This document shows, one piece after another, positions 35,539 through 44,041 of a DNA stretch of 53,502 nt. Both the position numbers and the translations under genes were made by a program. The first letter of the stretch is position 1. Every line of letters starts with the position of its first letter. Under the pieces are notes generated by a model. It saw nothing but the letters and a program-made list of their open reading frames with translations, ran no database searches and was not told where the DNA came from. The DNA lies in the IMG/VR virus record IMGVR_UViG_3300018432_000016, positions 1 through 53,502 of that record. One strand, written 5' to 3'. Source of the stretch: a virus (taxonomy: Duplodnaviria > Caudoviricetes).

Positions 35539-38500
35539 CGGCGGGTACTCCTGCCCGTGCGGTCACGGTTGATGCCTGCGTTTTCGGCGGCGTGCTTGGC
35601 GGCGAGGGCGGCGTTCCCCTTGCCGGTGCGCGCGAAGTAGTACTCCGTCCAGGAGATGCGCCGGTTCCCCTCCAGGAACTCCAGCAGCTCCGGGGAGGCG
35701 TACCGGTAGACGAGCCGGATATCGCCGGCGAGGAGGTCCCGCACGTCGATGCCGCGCGCCTGCCCGGCGGCGTTGACGCCGTGCGTTTTCACGACCTCCA
35801 GGGCGGCGACGTACTGCTGCTCGACGTGGAGCGCGTACTCCTCCTGCACCTCGGCGCGGGTGGGCATCCCGTCGCGGGACCCGTGCCCGCCGACCCGGGG
35901 GTGTGTGACGCCGGGCCGGCCGAGGGTGGCGTCGAGATGTTCGTACGCCTCCTGCCACTCCCCGTCGGATGCCATGCGTTCGGCGAGGTCGTCGGCGATG
36001 CGCTTGTTCTCGTCGGTGTAGGTGAGGAACGCGTCGAGGTCATCCCAACGCTGCCCCTCGCGCGGGTCGAGGGAGTCCATGCGGGCGGTGAGGTGGACGG
36101 CGAGGTCGTCGAGCTGCTCGTCGGTCAGCGCCGACAAGTACGTGTAGTCGAGGCGCATCGGAATTCCGGCCTCGTCGGTGGCGGCCTGCCGGGTCCGGCC
36201 CCGCGCCTGCTGCCGGCGGGGCCGGACCGGCTCGGTCGGGGGGGAGACGACGGGCGGGCCGTTGCGAACGGCCGGGCGGGCAGCGGGGGCGGGCGTCGAA
36301 CGCTGCTCGATCCGGTCGGGTATGCGGTTGATGATCGAATTGAGGTTACGAAGTTTGCGGCGAGCCGCCTCCCGCTCCTCTTTGCCCATCTCGGAGGCGT
36401 ACCGAAGTTCGTCCTCCAGGATGCCGGTCCGCTCGCGGAGAGTGCGGCGGGCGGCGTCCGGGTCGCTGACATAGATCCGACCCTCGTCCAGGTCCACCCG
36501 CAGACCGGGCGCCTCCCCTTCGTCCTCCAGCAGTTCCACGCCGTAGCGCACCTCGTCGAGGGTCTCCTGCGAGGGGGCTCGGCCGGGTAGGCGTTCCTCC
36601 GTCACCTCCGGTGCGCCGTTGCGGGCGGCGCGGGCGGCCTCGACGGCGGACGTGGGGCGCTGCTCGGGGCGGCCGGTGTCGGGCAGGTACACCCGCTCGT
36701 CGACGGTGGCGTCCCGGGTGGGGATCGGGCGGCCCGGGTTCTGCTCCTCGTAGGCGCGGCGGCCGATGGTCTCCAGTTCGGCGCGGGTGTCCCGGCCGTC
36801 GGTGTAGACGGGCACGTAGTCGCAGTGACAGCCCTTGTGGTCGCCGGGGGCGAACGATCCGCCGATCCACTCGCCGCCGGTGCCGGACGTGTCGAGGGCG
36901 TCATCGTCGAACGAGGCGAACACGACCCCGTCGAGGTTGGCGTGCGGCCGGAACGGGCGGGCACTGATCCCGTAGGACCACTCGTATTCGACGACCTCCT
37001 GCCCGTGGTCGCGGAGGAACCCGTCGAGCAGCTCCCCGGAGGTGAGCCCGTTCCGGACGCCGGTGCCGGAGTCGTCGCCGGGGACGCCGCCGACAACGGC
37101 GAGGGCGTCGCGGACGAGCCCCGGCGGGACGATCGAGGACGGCAGTTCGCCGACCGGGTCGACGGTGGGATCCGGGTCGTACAGGCGGTCGGCGGCCAGG
37201 TCGCGGAGCCCGCCCTCCAGGACGGGCCACGACGCGTCGGCGTTGTCGGCGAACCGGTCGCGGAGGGCGCCGATCTGCCGGGCCACGTCCGGGTCGGTGC
37301 GGTCGAGGTCGGCGATGCCGACGGCGGCGTCGAGCGCCTCCTCGGCGGCGGTCGCCGTCCACTCCGTGTACTGCTCGCGGAGCCGGCCGAACGCCTCGGC
37401 GAGGAGCTGCTGCTCCTCCAGCCCCAGGGCGGCGACGAGGGGCCGGCCGAGGGAGGCGAGGACCTGCTCGGGTGGCTGCCCGGCGACGGCGTCGCGGGCG
37501 GCTGGTTCCCGCTGCGCGGCGGCGCGGGCACGGTTGCCGGCCCGTTCCAGGGCGCGGAGGAGGGCGGCGTCGGCGGCGGCGGCGATCCGCTCGCGGAGGG
37601 TGCGTTCGATGTTGGCGAGCCGGCGGGATAGGCGCCGCTGCCTGTCGGTGGGTGCGGCGGCGGCGGCGAGCGCGAGGGGGGCGGCGGAGGCGGCCGGCAG
37701 GGCGGGCGCCTCCGGTGTTGTCGGCTCCTCCGCCGGGGCGTCACCGGCGGGCAGGGCGGCCGGCCCGGACGGGGGGACGCCGGGGATTGCGCCGGTGTGT
37801 GCCACTGAGAGGCCGAGGACCCGGTTCACGTCGTCCGGTTCGTAGCCGGCGCGGAGCAGTCGGTCGGCGATGGTGGCGACCTGGAGGAGCCGCTCGACGG
37901 CGAGCCCGGTCTCCCCGACGGCGTCGTCGCCGGTCTCCACTTCCTCCGGCGGGGCGTGCGACTCGTCGATGCCCCGCAGTTCCCGGTACGCCCGGCCGTC
38001 GATCAATCCACGGTCGTAGGCGTCGTTCGCGGCCGACGACATATCGGCGGGGGCGACGAGTCCGGACGGGTCGAACCAGACGACGACCCGGCGGATCAGG
38101 TTCTCCGGCCACGCCCCGACGGAGCGGAGCCGGTGCCGCATGTAGCCGAGGGTGAGCCCCTCGACGGCGGCGATGGTGATGGGCTCTTGATGGTGCCGGA
38201 ACGTGTCGGAGCTGATCTGCCACGCGTTCCAGTGGTTCACGTCCGACAGCCCGGTAATCACCTCGGGCGGCACGTCGAGGCCGATGCCGAGGCGGGTCAG
38301 CAGCCGCGCCTCCCGCTCGTTCGTGAGCGGGTCGAGGGGCCGGCCGAACGTGAGGTGTCGGACCCGGTCGAGGTACTGGTAGGCGCCCCGCTTGATCATG
38401 GGGACGACCTGCGCGGCGGAGCCGTCGAGGGTGAGCGGGGTCGTTAGCTGTGTAACGAAGTCCCGGTCGAACTCGTCCTCCTCGTCGTCTTCGTCGGGGA

Positions 38501-39374
38501 GCGCGTCCAGCTCCTCCGGCCATAGGAGGACACCGTTCCCGGAGGCGCGGGACCGGAGGGCGGCGTCGTCGCCCTTTTCGATGAGGAGCAGCCGCTCACA
38601 TACGCCGATGAGGGAGCGCATGGGGGAGTCGGGTTCGGAGGACCATTCGGCGTCGGCGGTCCATAGGCGGACGACGGTGGTCGTCGCCGGGTCCAGGTCG
38701 ACGGCCTCGGAGTCCCGGCCCTCGCCGGTGACGAGCCGGAAGTAGCCGGGCGGCAGTTCGGGGTTCATGCCCCGGAACCGGCCGTCCTGGAAGGTCAGCT
38801 CCGATATGGAGCGGATCGCCCACTCCTCCCGGCCCTGCCCGTTGTCGGCCTCCGGGTAGTAGCGGCCGACGAGGTAGCACTCGCCGGCCTGTTCGTAGTT
38901 GCGGGTGAGGGGGGACAGGATCGCGGCGCCCCCGCCGGACGGCGAGTACCCGGTCAGTTCGTTGAGGGCGGAGCGGGCGGCCTGGACGAGGTCGTCGGGG
39001 AGGGCGTCGGTGTCGTACACGGCGGTCGTGCCGTCGCCGGATTCGATCCACCCGTATTCGTCGGTGAGTTCGGCGACCTCGTCGGCGCCGTCGGGCCGGT
39101 CCCCGGCGTACAGCCGGATATGGGCGGCGTTGTTGGCAAGGAACCGCATTGCGTACCCGACCTCGGGCAGGGCGCGGGCGTACCCGAACGAGGCGCGCTG
39201 CCACTCGCGGCGCTTGGATGCTTTGGCGAGGCGGGCGCCTTCCTGCGCGGTGATGACGGCGGCGGAGGCGACGAGGGAACCACGCGCCCGGGGGCGGCCG
39301 GTCAACACCTCAGCGAACGGGGAGGACCTCCGGGCGGGGCGGACCCAGTCGAGCCAGGCGGGCAGAGTTGCCAC
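35535..39374 (-). CDS. Portal protein fused to MuF-like minor head domain and C-terminal extension
   Basis: EWQ...PEVGYAMRFLANN, RLGIGLDVPPEVITG..NHWNAW (portal); H.NLDG...PGDHKGCHCD (MuF). Confidence 0.85.
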   Translation of the reverse strand: MATLPAWLDWVRPARRSSPFAEVLTGRPRARGSLVASAAVITAQEGARLAKASKRREWQRASFGYARALPEVGYAMRFLANNAAHIRLYAGDRPDGADEVAELTDEYGWIESGDGTTAVYDTDALPDDLVQAARSALNELTGYSPSGGGAAILSPLTRNYEQAGECYLVGRYYPEADNGQGREEWAIRSISELTFQDGRFRGMNPELPPGYFRLVTGEGRDSEAVDLDPATTTVVRLWTADAEWSSEPDSPMRSLIGVCERLLLIEKGDDAALRSRASGNGVLLWPEELDALPDEDDEEDEFDRDFVTQLTTPLTLDGSAAQVVPMIKRGAYQYLDRVRHLTFGRPLDPLTNEREARLLTRLGIGLDVPPEVITGLSDVNHWNAWQISSDTFRHHQEPITIAAVEGLTLGYMRHRLRSVGAWPENLIRRVVVWFDPSGLVAPADMSSAANDAYDRGLIDGRAYRELRGIDESHAPPEEVETGDDAVGETGLAVERLLQVATIADRLLRAGYEPDDVNRVLGLSVAHTGAIPGVPPSGPAALPAGDAPAEEPTTPEAPALPAASAAPLALAAAAAPTDRQRRLSRRLANIERTLRERIAAAADAALLRALERAGNRARAAAQREPAARDAVAGQPPEQVLASLGRPLVAALGLEEQQLLAEAFGRLREQYTEWTATAAEEALDAAVGIADLDRTDPDVARQIGALRDRFADNADASWPVLEGGLRDLAADRLYDPDPTVDPVGELPSSIVPPGLVRDALAVVGGVPGDDSGTGVRNGLTSGELLDGFLRDHGQEVVEYEWSYGISARPFRPHANLDGVVFASFDDDALDTSGTGGEWIGGSFAPGDHKGCHCDYVPVYTDGRDTRAELETIGRRAYEEQNPGRPIPTRDATVDERVYLPDTGRPEQRPTSAVEAARAARNGAPEVTEERLPGRAPSQETLDEVRYGVELLEDEGEAPGLRVDLDEGRIYVSDPDAARRTLRERTGILEDELRYASEMGKEEREAARRKLRNLNSIINRIPDRIEQRSTPAPAARPAVRNGPPVVSPPTEPVRPRRQQARGRTRQAATDEAGIPMRLDYTYLSALTDEQLDDLAVHLTARMDSLDPREGQRWDDLDAFLTYTDENKRIADDLAERMASDGEWQEAYEHLDATLGRPGVTHPRVGGHGSRDGMPTRAEVQEEYALHVEQQYVAALEVVKTHGVNAAGQARGIDVRDLLAGDIRLVYRYASPELLEFLEGNRRISWTEYYFARTGKGNAALAAKHAAENAGINRDRTGRSTRR

Positions 39375-39377
39375 GGG

Positions 39378-39671
39378 TCACTCCCACGAGGACAGGAGCC
39401 CGGAGACGGCGCTCCAGGCGAGGACGGCGCCGGCCGGTGCGGCGACGGCCGGGACGGCGGCGACGAGCCCGGCCCACCCGGCGGCGACCCACACGGACAC
39501 GCACCACGGGCAGGTGACGAAGTAAGCGAGGCGGCCCTCGGCGTCGTCGGCGAGCTGCTCGCGGACGGGCCGGGTTATCTCGTCCTCGACGAGGAGTCGG
39601 GTCAGCCGGAATGTTGCGAGGGCACCGACGGCGAGCACGACCGGATCACGGAGCACGCTCGGGTTCCCCAC
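39378..39671 (-). CDS. DUF1360-family membrane protein
   Basis: LATFRLTRLLVEDEITRPVR...TCPWCVSVW. Confidence 0.8.
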   Translation of the reverse strand: MGNPSVLRDPVVLAVGALATFRLTRLLVEDEITRPVREQLADDAEGRLAYFVTCPWCVSVWVAAGWAGLVAAVPAVAAPAGAVLAWSAVSGLLSSWE

Positions 39672-39679
39672 GCGGGGGG

Positions 39680-39724
39680 ACGTTACCGAGGGGGCACCGG
39701 GGGGCGTGCGGAGTTGCGGCGGAT
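39680..39724 (-). promoter_or_regulatory. Putative late promoter ATCCGCCGCAACTCCGCACGC-N18-TAACGT
   Basis: Exact 21-bp repeat of 27006-27026; heads the DUF1360-portal operon. Confidence 0.7.
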
Positions 39725-39728
39725 ACGG

Positions 39729-39763
39729 CGGAGCCCCCGGCCTCGTCGAGGGCGGGGGCTCCG
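39729..39763 (-). terminator. Hairpin closing cassette C
   Basis: CGGAGCCCCCG...CGGGGGCTCCG; core nearly identical to the hairpin at 5643. Confidence 0.65.
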
Positions 39764-39775
39764 GGGCCGAGCGGG

Positions 39776-40003
39776 TCAGGCGGTGAATGGGTCCGCCTGC
39801 ACTGCGGCGCCGAGGTCGGCGGCGGCGCGGGAGAGATTGCGCTCCGCCTCGGCCATGTCGCGGCGGATACGCGCGACGCTGCGAGCGTGGGTGGTACGGG
39901 CCAGCTCGTGGGGCAGGCTCACCTCGATGAGCCACGTCAGGTAGCGAATACTCTCGCGGGCTTCGTCGGCGGTGGGGGCGGCGTGGGCGTTCGTCGTGTT
40001 CAT
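39776..40003 (-). CDS. Small helical hypothetical protein
   Basis: Leaderless ATG after cassette C; MNTTNAHAAPT start similar to the 28118 gene. Confidence 0.7.
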   Translation of the reverse strand: MNTTNAHAAPTADEARESIRYLTWLIEVSLPHELARTTHARSVARIRRDMAEAERNLSRAAADLGAAVQADPFTA

Positions 40004-40080
40004 GCCATGATTATATGCACGGGTATTGCCGGGGGGGGGTACCCGGCATGCGACGCGCCGGCGTGTCGCCCTATCGGGGG
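40004..40080 (-). promoter_or_regulatory. Class-1 leaderless promoter cassette, copy C
   Basis: CCCGATAGGGCGACACG..GGTACCCCCCCC..ATACCCGTGCA-TATAAT-N6-ATG. Confidence 0.75.
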
Positions 40081-40421
40081 GGAGGGCGCGACCTCGACAG
40101 GCGGAGAGGCTCCGTGTCGGGGGGCTGGAGGGGCCGGCCCTCCCGAGCCCGACGGAGCTGCTCCCGCAACCACCCGACCTCGGCCTCCAGTTCGGCGACC
40201 CGGAAGTCACGGCCGGCCCGCTCCCGGGCGCGGCGCTCGTCCTCGACGGCCCGCTCGCGGCGGAGCCTGCGGAGTTCCCGCTCCTGCCACGCCCGGACAC
40301 CTCGGGTCAGCGGTCCGTTGGCGCCGGACAGGCGTTCGGCGGCCCACACGAGGAACCCGCCGACGACGAGGACGGCGAGGAGGACCGGCTCTTTCGCGGC
40401 GGACAGGAGGAGGTCGATCAT
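40071..40421 (-). CDS. Membrane-anchored coiled-coil protein (holin-like candidate)
   Basis: One TM helix plus coiled coil. Confidence 0.55.
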   Translation of the reverse strand: MIDLLLSAAKEPVLLAVLVVGGFLVWAAERLSGANGPLTRGVRAWQERELRRLRRERAVEDERRARERAGRDFRVAELEAEVGWLREQLRRAREGRPLQPPDTEPLRLSRSRPPPR

Positions 40422-40987
40422 GCGGGTTCGTGTTCGACGACGCGCCGGAGCCGGTCACGCTGCCAGAGGATGAACGTGCCGACGGCGAGGACGGCGTGTT
40501 GCGCGCCGCCGGCGACGAGGCCGGTCCCGGCCCGGTAGTCGACGCCGAGCCCGACGACGATGACGGCCTGCCCGGCGAGCATGGCGGCGACGCCGGCGAG
40601 CCGGAGGGGGGTGCGGAACCGGTCGGACAGAAGGACGCCGGTGCCGAGCCCCCCGAACGCGAGCCCGAGGAGAACCCTCCAGTCGGCGGCGATGCCGAGC
40701 CCGCCGAGGGCGGTCACGCCGAGCCCCGCGTACCAGGAGGCGAGGAGGGCGTGCCCGAGGATGACGGGTCCGCCGCGACGGATGGCGAGGCCGAGGAGGA
40801 CGAGGGTCGCCGACCCGTACAGCAGCCACCCATACGCGGGTTCGGCCGCCCGGGAGTCGAGCCCGGCGTCGACCCCGCCGATGTAGTCCAGCCCCCGGAG
40901 GGCGGCCTGCCACAGGGTGACGAGCTGGAGGGCGACGAGGACGGGGTGCGTGCGGCGGGGCTGCCAGTCGCCCCGGAGGCGCCTCAC
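40418..40987 (-). CDS. Multi-pass membrane protein (holin candidate)
   Basis: About six hydrophobic segments; GTGA overlap. Confidence 0.6.
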   Translation of the reverse strand: MRRLRGDWQPRRTHPVLVALQLVTLWQAALRGLDYIGGVDAGLDSRAAEPAYGWLLYGSATLVLLGLAIRRGGPVILGHALLASWYAGLGVTALGGLGIAADWRVLLGLAFGGLGTGVLLSDRFRTPLRLAGVAAMLAGQAVIVVGLGVDYRAGTGLVAGGAQHAVLAVGTFILWQRDRLRRVVEHEPA

Positions 40988-41322
40988 GAGGAGGCGACCC
41001 GGTACGGCTGCCAGGGGCGCCAGCCCCGGAGGCTGGAGGAGCAGCCGCAGCCGCGTTGCCGGCGGACGACCGCGTCGACACCCCCGTCGAGGACGAGGCG
41101 GGCGTCCTGCCGGGGTGGGGCGTTGTACCGGGGGACGAGGGACGGTGCCGGGTCGTACGGGCGGTCGACGCGGAGAATCCGGTCGCGGCCCTCCGCCTGC
41201 CACACGTACAGGCGTTCGCGGGTGATGACGGCGAACGCGGTCCGGTACACGAGCCCGCCGACCTGGACCTCGGCGGGGAACATATCGCGGACGACGACCG
41301 GCGACTCCTCGGAGGCGGTCAT
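40984..41322 (-). CDS. Hypothetical protein with GCGC motif
   Basis: DMFPAEV...AVITRERLYVW...GCGCSSSLRGWRPW. Confidence 0.65.
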   Translation of the reverse strand: MTASEESPVVVRDMFPAEVQVGGLVYRTAFAVITRERLYVWQAEGRDRILRVDRPYDPAPSLVPRYNAPPRQDARLVLDGGVDAVVRRQRGCGCSSSLRGWRPWQPYRVASS

Positions 41323-42362
41323 CGGGTGACGCCTCGGGAGTAGTCGTACCCGGCGAGGAGCCCGCACAGGGCGTCGGCGATGTGCGCGTGCCCTCGGGGG
41401 GACGGGTGCAGCCCGTCGGCGCCGATCATGGTCGCCGGGTTCCACCCGGGGGACGGGTCGACGATGACGACGTTCACACCCTGCGCTCGGGCGGTCGCGG
41501 CCTCCTGGAATTGCACGTCGGCGTACGCCTCGACGGCGGCGGCGTCGGCCAGTAGGTACCCGTCGCCGGGCAACGGCAGGGGGCGGACGAGGACGATCAG
41601 GGGCGGCGTTTTCGACAGGGTGCCCACGTAATCGAGGTACGGCCCCTTGCCGGTGGCGGCGGTCCCGCGTGGGCGGACGGCGATCGAGTGCGGCCCGTCG
41701 GCGAGGGTGGGTTGCACGGTGACCGGGCAGTACGGGCGGCCGGTCGCGGAGGTGCGGCACACGTTGTCGGTGTCGATGCCGGCGACGACCTGCCCGTCGG
41801 CGAGCACGTCGAACTCGCCGCCGTCGGAGTCGTCGAGCCCCCCGAACCCGATAACCATGTTCGACCCGGTCGTCGTGAACGACCACGATGCGACGCCGTA
41901 CTGCCCGGCGGTCATGCGCCAGTTGTGCCCGCCTGTGAAGTCCGCGACGGCGATCCGTTCCCCGTCGCCGGTGGGGGTGATCGAACCGGAGTCCTCGGGG
42001 ATCGCCGAGGACAGGGACAGGTACCGCAGGGCGGCCCGCAGGGACCACCGGTAGCCGCGCAACGCCTGCGCGTCGGTGCCGTGGTTCTTCGTGTCGTTGA
42101 TGGTGGCGTCGAGGACGACGACCCCGGAGGTGCCGACCGTCCAGGCGCGCGGCCCGTTGAGCAGGTCGAGGGCGGCGTCTTGCATCTGATAGCCGGACAC
42201 GGCGCGCGGCACGTAGGCCATGCCGAGCCGGCGGGCTGTGCGTTCCATGTACCGCTGCCCGGGGGCGATGCCGTTGTGCAGCCCGGCGAGGTAGGAGTGC
42301 CCGTACCCGTAGAGGGGGACGCCCTCCAGGGCCGGGCTCGGGATCCAGGGGGAGGCGGTCAC
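41319..42362 (-). CDS. SGNH/GDSL hydrolase with inserted beta-sandwich domain
   Basis: YGHSY (block I), AVSG (II), TIND (III), DGLHPSPRGH (V). Confidence 0.85.
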   Translation of the reverse strand: MTASPWIPSPALEGVPLYGYGHSYLAGLHNGIAPGQRYMERTARRLGMAYVPRAVSGYQMQDAALDLLNGPRAWTVGTSGVVVLDATINDTKNHGTDAQALRGYRWSLRAALRYLSLSSAIPEDSGSITPTGDGERIAVADFTGGHNWRMTAGQYGVASWSFTTTGSNMVIGFGGLDDSDGGEFDVLADGQVVAGIDTDNVCRTSATGRPYCPVTVQPTLADGPHSIAVRPRGTAATGKGPYLDYVGTLSKTPPLIVLVRPLPLPGDGYLLADAAAVEAYADVQFQEAATARAQGVNVVIVDPSPGWNPATMIGADGLHPSPRGHAHIADALCGLLAGYDYSRGVTR

Positions 42363-42586
42363 GTCGGGGACGGTACCGGGGGGGAGGGGGCAGTCGCGGC
42401 GGCCTCCTCGACTCCGGGGATCGGCTCGACCTTCCACACGATGACGGTGCAACCGGCGGCCTCGTGCAGGGCGACAAACCGGTCGAGCCCGGCGCGGGTC
42501 GCCCGGTAGCAGCGGCCGACGACGACGGGCCGCAGCCCGGGGGTGAGCCGGTAGGAGGAGACCGCCCGCCACGGCCGGCGGGTCAC
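42359..42586 (-). CDS. Hypothetical protein
   Basis: GTGA overlaps. Confidence 0.55.
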   Translation of the reverse strand: MTRRPWRAVSSYRLTPGLRPVVVGRCYRATRAGLDRFVALHEAAGCTVIVWKVEPIPGVEEAAATAPSPPVPSPT

Positions 42587-42801
42587 GAGTTGGCTCCGGA
42601 GTTGCGGCCGGCGGCGTACGCGGCGCGGGACACCCGCTCGACCTCGGCGGAACAGTCGCGGCCCGGAGTCTCGCGGAGATGCTGCTCGACGCGGGCGACG
42701 GCGTCGTCGAGGCGTTGCGGCGCGTGTTCACCTCGGATCGGCCCGAGCATCCCTCGGGCGGCGCCAAGTAAGTCGAGGAGAATCTCGCGGTCGGTGGTCA
42801 C
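42583..42801 (-). CDS. Hypothetical protein
   Basis: GTGA overlaps. Confidence 0.55.
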   Translation of the reverse strand: MTTDREILLDLLGAARGMLGPIRGEHAPQRLDDAVARVEQHLRETPGRDCSAEVERVSRAAYAAGRNSGANS

Positions 42802-43118
42802 CGGTCGCGGCCGATCGCGCCGGGCGGGGGCAGCGGCGGCGGCGGACGCCGGTACGCGCCGGTCGGCGCCGGGTGCTCGGCGGTCTCCAGGTCCTCCGGT
42901 CGCGGGTCGACGCGGGCGAGCTGCTCCGTCGACGGGCCGGGTTCGGCGCGGTGCCGGCGGAACCCGGTCGCCTCCAGCCCTTGCCGGTGCTCCTGCTGGT
43001 GCCGGATGGTGCGGGACTCGGCGTCGATGGCCCGGCCTCGCGCGGTCAAGGCGACGAACAGCGCGAACGCGGCCAGCCCGAGGGCGACGGCGGCGACGAT
43101 GACGGCGGCGTAGGTCAT
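42798..43118 (-). CDS. Membrane-anchored hypothetical protein
   Basis: N-terminal TM helix; AGGAG SD. Confidence 0.6.
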   Translation of the reverse strand: MTYAAVIVAAVALGLAAFALFVALTARGRAIDAESRTIRHQQEHRQGLEATGFRRHRAEPGPSTEQLARVDPRPEDLETAEHPAPTGAYRRPPPPLPPPGAIGRDR

Positions 43119-43447
43119 GCGGGCTCCTGGAGGCGGACGAGCGGGTCGGCGTGTAACGCGGGCTCCCCGGGTTCGACGAACGCCCGGTGACGGTCGCCGG
43201 CCGGGTGCCCGGCGAGGATGCGGCGTTGCCGGCGGTCGGCGGACGCCTTCGCGGCGGCGTGCTGTACGTCGAGGTCGTACTCGACGGCGGCCCGGTGTAG
43301 TTGCATGCCGAACCACCGGAGGTCGGTGGGGTCGTCGAACACGACGACCTCGGTGCGGCCGGTGAGGACGAGGCGGCCCCGGTCGACGGTGACGAGCCAC
43401 GGGAACCCGGCGTCGTCGCGGAGGGTGCGTTCCTGCGGTAGGGGCAC
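43115..43447 (-). CDS. Hypothetical protein
   Basis: GGAGG SD; 110 aa. Confidence 0.65.
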   Translation of the reverse strand: MPLPQERTLRDDAGFPWLVTVDRGRLVLTGRTEVVVFDDPTDLRWFGMQLHRAAVEYDLDVQHAAAKASADRRQRRILAGHPAGDRHRAFVEPGEPALHADPLVRLQEPA

Positions 43448-43540
43448 GGGGTCCTCCAGGGACGCGGCCGGAACGGCAGGATCCCCGCCCCGGGGGGAAA
43501 CCGGGGCGGGGACCCTCGTCCCGACGGTACGGGGGCGCGG

Positions 43541-43570
43541 GTACTTGCCCCCCTAATATGTCACGGGTTA
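43541..43570 (-). promoter_or_regulatory. Class-2-like promoter with inverted GTACTTGCCCCCC box
   Basis: ACCCGTGACATATTAGGGGGGCAAGTAC on minus strand. Confidence 0.5.
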
Positions 43571-43576
43571 TGGCGG

Positions 43577-43930
43577 TTAGGCGACACAGCGGGTCGTGGC
43601 GGCGAGGTTGACGAGGTGCCGGGCCTCCTCGCCGGTGATGCCGAGGTCCCGCATCGTGACAGTCGACATTTCGGCGACGGACACTCCGGCGGTGACGCCC
43701 TCGCACACCCGGTCGGCGGCGAGGAGCAGCTCGTCGGCGTTGGCGGGGATGCCGGCGTCGCCGAGGAGGTCGCGGAGGAACGGGTCCACCTCGACGGGGG
43801 CGAGGGCCTCGACGGCGGGCGGGGCGGCCTGGAGGGCGACGGCGGGTGTGCCGGAGGTGAGGATCGAGGCGAGGACGGCGAACGCGGCGACGACGAGGGC
43901 GAATGCGGCGAGGGTGCGGGCGTGGGTCAT
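43577..43930 (-). CDS. DUF732-like secreted protein
   Basis: Signal helix; FLRDL..AGI...ADRVC...G...EARHLV..AATTRC. Confidence 0.75.
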   Translation of the reverse strand: MTHARTLAAFALVVAAFAVLASILTSGTPAVALQAAPPAVEALAPVEVDPFLRDLLGDAGIPANADELLLAADRVCEGVTAGVSVAEMSTVTMRDLGITGEEARHLVNLAATTRCVA

Positions 43931-44001
43931 GGGAACTCCTGTAGGCGTGGGACGGGCGGATCATGCGGGCGTGGGACGGGTGGGGCGGTTCGTTACCGGG
44001 T

Positions 44002-44036
44002 CGCGGCCGGCCCGAGGTCTCCCCGGGCCGGCCGCG
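44002..44036 (-). terminator. Hairpin closing cassette D
   Basis: CGCGGCCGGCCCG...CGGGCCGGCCGCG, 13-bp stem. Confidence 0.65.
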
Positions 44037-44041
44037 CGGGA

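Noticed and set aside
42592-42612. Partial match CGGAGTTGCGGC to the 21-bp late box
   Set aside because: Inside a gene and no TAnnnT at the 18-nt spacing
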